A stretch of 62,866 nt of DNA, the filler included, from an uncultured Methanosarcinales archaeon (GTDB lineage: Archaea > Nanobdellota > Nanobdellia > Woesearchaeales > CAYSVS01): assembly GCA_964589485.1 (NCBI GenBank). It is 3 parts of 3 records of this genome, joined end to end, with 100 filler letters (N's around TTAATTAATTAA, not from the genome) between each part and the next. Parts side by side here need not be neighbours in the genome. Positions count along the whole stretch, not along the records: positions 38,183 to 62,866 come from CAZPRK010000015.1; 2 more parts are not named here. One strand, given 5' to 3'. Below the pieces are notes generated by a model. That model worked only from the letters and a program-made list of their open reading frames with translations, was not told the DNA's origin and did not search any database. Each line of letters opens with the position of its first letter. The first letter of the stretch is position 1. Positions 59,795 through 62,866 of this stretch are shown piece by piece. The position numbers and the translations under genes are program-made.

Positions 59795-61524
59795 CCAGGA
59801 ATGCAATAAAAGTATTAAGAGAAAGATATTTAATTAAAGATCAAGATGGAAGGGTAATTGAAACTCCTGAAGAAATGTTTAGACGAGTTGCAAGAGTAGT
59901 TGCAAAACCTGAACTACAATATACAACTAGATATGAAGCAAAAAAAATTGAAGATGATTTTTTTGATATTATGGATCAATTATATTTTATTCCAAATTCT
60001 CCGACTTTAATGAATGCAGGAACTAAATTAGGACAGTTAAGTGCATGTTTTGTTTTACCTATAGGAGATTCTTTAGATAGTATATTTAATACTTTGAGAG
60101 ATAGCGCATTAATACATCAATCTGGAGGTGGAACTGGATTTAGTTTTTCAGGATTAAGACCTTCAGGAGCTAGATTGAAATTAACTGGTGGAGTAAGTTC
60201 TGGACCAGTTCCTTTTATTGACGTGTTTGATAAATCAACTGAAGTAGTTAAAAGTGGCGGAAGAAGAAGAGGAGCTAATATGGCTATTTTACGTATAGAT
60301 CATCCTGACATTGAAGAATTTATTACTTCTAAACAAGTAGATGGAAGGTTAAATAATTTTAATATTTCAGTAGCATTAACTGATGATTTTATGGATGCAG
60401 TGAAAAAAAAAGAATTATTTGATTTGAGAGTACCTAAAACTAGAAGATCTTTGAAAAAAGTAAGCGCTAGAAAGTTATTTGATTTAATTGCAGAATGTGC
60501 ATGGAAAAGTGCAGATCCAGGTGTAGTTTTTATAGATAGAATGAATAGAGATAATCCTACTCCGCATCTTGGAAAATTTGAAAGTACAAACCCTTGCGGA
60601 GAAACACCTTTATTGAATCATGAATCATGTAACTTAGGAAGTTTAAATTTAGCTAACTTTGTAAAATATGAAAAAATTGATTATGAATATTTAGAAAAGG
60701 TAATTAAATTAGCTGTTAAGTTTTTAGATAATATTATAGAAATGAACAATTATCCATCACAGGAAATTGAAGATGCTACAAAGAAAACCAGAAAAATAGG
60801 GTTAGGTGTTATGGGGTTTGCGGATATGTTAATTAAGTTACATATTTCTTATGAATCCGATAGAGCAATGGAAATAGCTGATGAAGTTATGGATTTTATT
60901 AATATTAAAAGTAAAGAAGCTTCAGTTGAATTAGCTAAAGAAAGAGGAGTATTTCCTGCATTTTTGGGAAGTATATATGATACTGGTAAAAAAGAAGATA
61001 GAGTAAGAAATGCAACCATTACAACAATTGCTCCAACTGGATCTATAAGTATTATTGCAGGATGTAACCCTGGGATTGAACCTTTATTTGCAGTTGCATA
61101 TGAAAGAAATATTATAGATAGAACATTAGTTTCAGTAAATAGTTTATTTAAAGAAATGTTGAGACGTAAAGGATTATACACACCTGAATTAATTAATAAA
61201 GTTGCAAGGAAAGGAGTAGTTGCAGGAATAAAAGAAATCCCTGAAGATTTACAGAAAATGTTTGTAACTGCTCATGAAGTTTCACCTGAATATCATGTTA
61301 AAGTTCAAGCTTCTTTTCAAAAACATGTAGATAATGCTGTAAGTAAAACTGTAAATTTTATTGAAGCAGCTACATTGGAAGATATAAAGAAAACTTACTT
61401 ACTTGCATATGATAAAGGATGTAAGGGAATAACTGTTTATAGAAATAATAGTAAAGCATATCAGGTTTTTAATGTTGGAAATACTTGTATTGAATGTGAA
61501 GATGAACCAGAGGAATCTAAGTAA
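59782..61524 (+). CDS. nrdJ: Class II (adenosylcobalamin-dependent) ribonucleotide reductase
   Basis: [33 protein letters not shown] and KGITVYR motifs; C-terminal CIEC. Confidence 0.93.
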   Translation: MASLTRNAIKVLRERYLIKDQDGRVIETPEEMFRRVARVVAKPELQYTTRYEAKKIEDDFFDIMDQLYFIPNSPTLMNAGTKLGQLSACFVLPIGDSLDSIFNTLRDSALIHQSGGGTGFSFSGLRPSGARLKLTGGVSSGPVPFIDVFDKSTEVVKSGGRRRGANMAILRIDHPDIEEFITSKQVDGRLNNFNISVALTDDFMDAVKKKELFDLRVPKTRRSLKKVSARKLFDLIAECAWKSADPGVVFIDRMNRDNPTPHLGKFESTNPCGETPLLNHESCNLGSLNLANFVKYEKIDYEYLEKVIKLAVKFLDNIIEMNNYPSQEIEDATKKTRKIGLGVMGFADMLIKLHISYESDRAMEIADEVMDFINIKSKEASVELAKERGVFPAFLGSIYDTGKKEDRVRNATITTIAPTGSISIIAGCNPGIEPLFAVAYERNIIDRTLVSVNSLFKEMLRRKGLYTPELINKVARKGVVAGIKEIPEDLQKMFVTAHEVSPEYHVKVQASFQKHVDNAVSKTVNFIEAATLEDIKKTYLLAYDKGCKGITVYRNNSKAYQVFNVGNTCIECEDEPEESK

Positions 61525-61559
61525 TATTTTTAAATAAAATATCTTTTTTCTTTTTATTT

Positions 61560-61644
61560 GCCCTTTTGGCTTAGTGGTATAGCGTACGCTTGGTATTATT
61601 AAACAAAAAGCGTAAGGTCCCGAGTTCAATTCTCGGAAAGGGCT
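61560..61644 (+). tRNA. tRNA-Thr(GGT) with 13-nt intron at position 37/38 (61596-61608)
   Basis: Acceptor stem GCCCTTT/AAAGGGC, U discriminator, anticodon stem TACGC/GCGTA, T-arm CCGAG-TTCAATT-CTCGG; CCA not encoded. Confidence 0.9.
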
Positions 61645-61829
61645 TCAAAATATTTTTATTTTTTGTATATTATAATTAAGAATATAATGTTGGCTATCAA
61701 TGGAGTAAGAATAAGAATTAGGTATGGGTTTCCAAACTTTTTCTTGCATTGTTTAAATATTATTTTTGATTATATTACTTTTACTTAAAAATAAAAACAT
61801 ATATTAATGATAAGTTATTATTTATTTAT

Positions 61830-62165
61830 ATGAAATTATTTTTTATATTTTTATTAATATTTTTAGTAGGATGTTCTACTAATTATGATACTTTAGTTAA
61901 TTGTTTAGATGAAAAAGATGTTACGTTTTATGGAGCATTCTGGTGTTCGCATTGTCAAGAACAAAAATCTTTATTTGGAAGTTCAGTTAAATTGTTACCT
62001 TATTTTGAATGTTCAACTCCTGATGGGAATGGACAAGTTCAATATTGTACAGATCAGGGAATTAAATCATATCCTACTTGGGTTTTTGCAGATGGATCTG
62101 TAATGGAAGGTGTTGTATTACTTGAAACATTAGCACAAAAAACAGGGTGTTCAATTGATAACTGA
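61830..62165 (+). CDS. Thioredoxin/glutaredoxin-like lipoprotein (VKOR/DsbB-associated type)
   Basis: Lipobox LVGC; FYGAFWCSHC; cis-Pro SYPTW. Confidence 0.85.
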   Translation: MKLFFIFLLIFLVGCSTNYDTLVNCLDEKDVTFYGAFWCSHCQEQKSLFGSSVKLLPYFECSTPDGNGQVQYCTDQGIKSYPTWVFADGSVMEGVVLLETLAQKTGCSIDN

Positions 62166-62664
62166 AGCAATAAATTCTTCTTTATCTTATTTAACTTTAT
62201 TAGGGCAAGTTATATTATTAGTTGTATTGGTTATGTTTCTTAGTAAGAAAAATTTAAGTTTCTTTAAGAAAAATGCAATATTATTTGCATTTATTGTTGC
62301 TTTAATTGCAACTTCTGGAAGTTTATTTTATAGTGAAATTTTAGGTTATACTCCGTGTAAATTATGTTGGTTACAAAGAATTTTTATGTACCCCTTAGTG
62401 TTACTGTTTGGTATTTCTTTATTTAAGAAAGATAATAATATAATTCCATATGGATTAGGTATGTCTTTATTTGGAGTTATAATTGCAGTTTATCATTATT
62501 TGTTACAGATAGGTTTTGTTTCTGGGATGTCTTGCGGAGTTGTTGGTTACAGTGTAGAATGTTCTAAACGGTTTGTAATGGATTTTGGATATATTACAAT
62601 ACCAATGATGTCATTAATTGCTTTTTTATTGATATTTTTATTTCTTTATTTGAAAAGAAAGTGA
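62155..62664 (+). CDS. Disulfide bond formation protein DsbB/BdbC
   Basis: GSLFYSE, PCKLCWLQRIFMYP, second Cys pair and ITIPMMSL. Confidence 0.9.
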   Translation: MITEAINSSLSYLTLLGQVILLVVLVMFLSKKNLSFFKKNAILFAFIVALIATSGSLFYSEILGYTPCKLCWLQRIFMYPLVLLFGISLFKKDNNIIPYGLGMSLFGVIIAVYHYLLQIGFVSGMSCGVVGYSVECSKRFVMDFGYITIPMMSLIAFLLIFLFLYLKRK

Positions 62665-62706
62665 ATTATATAAATTTTTAAATACTATTTATTAATATTT
62701 AATTTT

Positions 62707-62866
62707 ATGAAAAAATTATTATTATGTTTAGTATTAATTCTACTTATTGGTTGTCAAGCTACTAGAGAAGATATGTTAAAATTAAATTTACGTGAACATA
62801 AAGAATTAGCATTACATATCCATCCAATTTTACAGATTGAAATTGTTGGAAATAATTTAACAATTC
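62707..62866 (+). CDS. Lipoprotein, partial (runs off window end)
   Basis: MKKLLLCLVLILLIGCQATRE...LALHIHP; lipobox and HxH motif. Confidence 0.65.
   Translation, partial: MKKLLLCLVLILLIGCQATREDMLKLNLREHKELALHIHPILQIEIVGNNLTI

Noticed and set aside
61645..61829. Integrated element at tRNA-Thr, or a small gene downstream of it
   Set aside because: No integrase and no duplicated tRNA 3' end seen. A hydrophobic minus-strand frame near 61660-61755 has no start codon.
1446..62103. Numerous short antisense or alternate-frame ORFs in the track (e.g. 1446..1766, 11801..12214, 33401..33874, 48776..49225, 60849..61181, 61399..61629)
   Set aside because: They overlap well-supported genes or the tRNA, carry no motifs, and are expected shadows of AT-rich codon usage.

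Overview
Very AT-rich (about a quarter G+C by eye) archaeal genome fragment. aIF6, L7Ae/S28e/L24e, aEF-2/aEF-1alpha, S15-RecJ, class III signal peptides and Cys-rich surface modules point to a DPANN (Woesearchaeota-like) organism; this assignment is inferred. The window is three pieces joined by artificial N44-TTAATTAATTAA-N44 spacers (17373-17472, 38083-38182), plus a 100-N gap inside ftsY. Segment 1 (1-17372) is a surface-glycan locus. It holds the three core enzymes of Campylobacter-type phosphoramidate (P-N bond) biosynthesis (Cj1418/Cj1417/Cj1416-like), with the glutamine kinase fused to an AbrB-like and a cytidylyltransferase domain. Around them lie two CDP-alcohol phosphotransferases with altered catalytic motifs, a sulfotransferase-fold protein, CysQ and an HxHxQ HIT protein. 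This is the best candidate for an undescribed system. Segment 2 has three secreted Cys-rich cationic paralogs with a shared leader and different C-termini, next to a signal peptidase and a SpoIIM/DUF95 protein. It also has a two-component pair, aIF6-prefoldin-ftsY, a half Hel308 and a large REC/kinase-like protein. Segment 3 has large pilin-like and Ig-like surface proteins, a HEPN-MNT module, metG, a translation cluster with a tandem kink-turn leader, a 32-aa micro-pilin, class II RNR, an intron-containing tRNA-Thr and a DsbB/thioredoxin pair. All family assignments come from motif reading and recall, not database searches.
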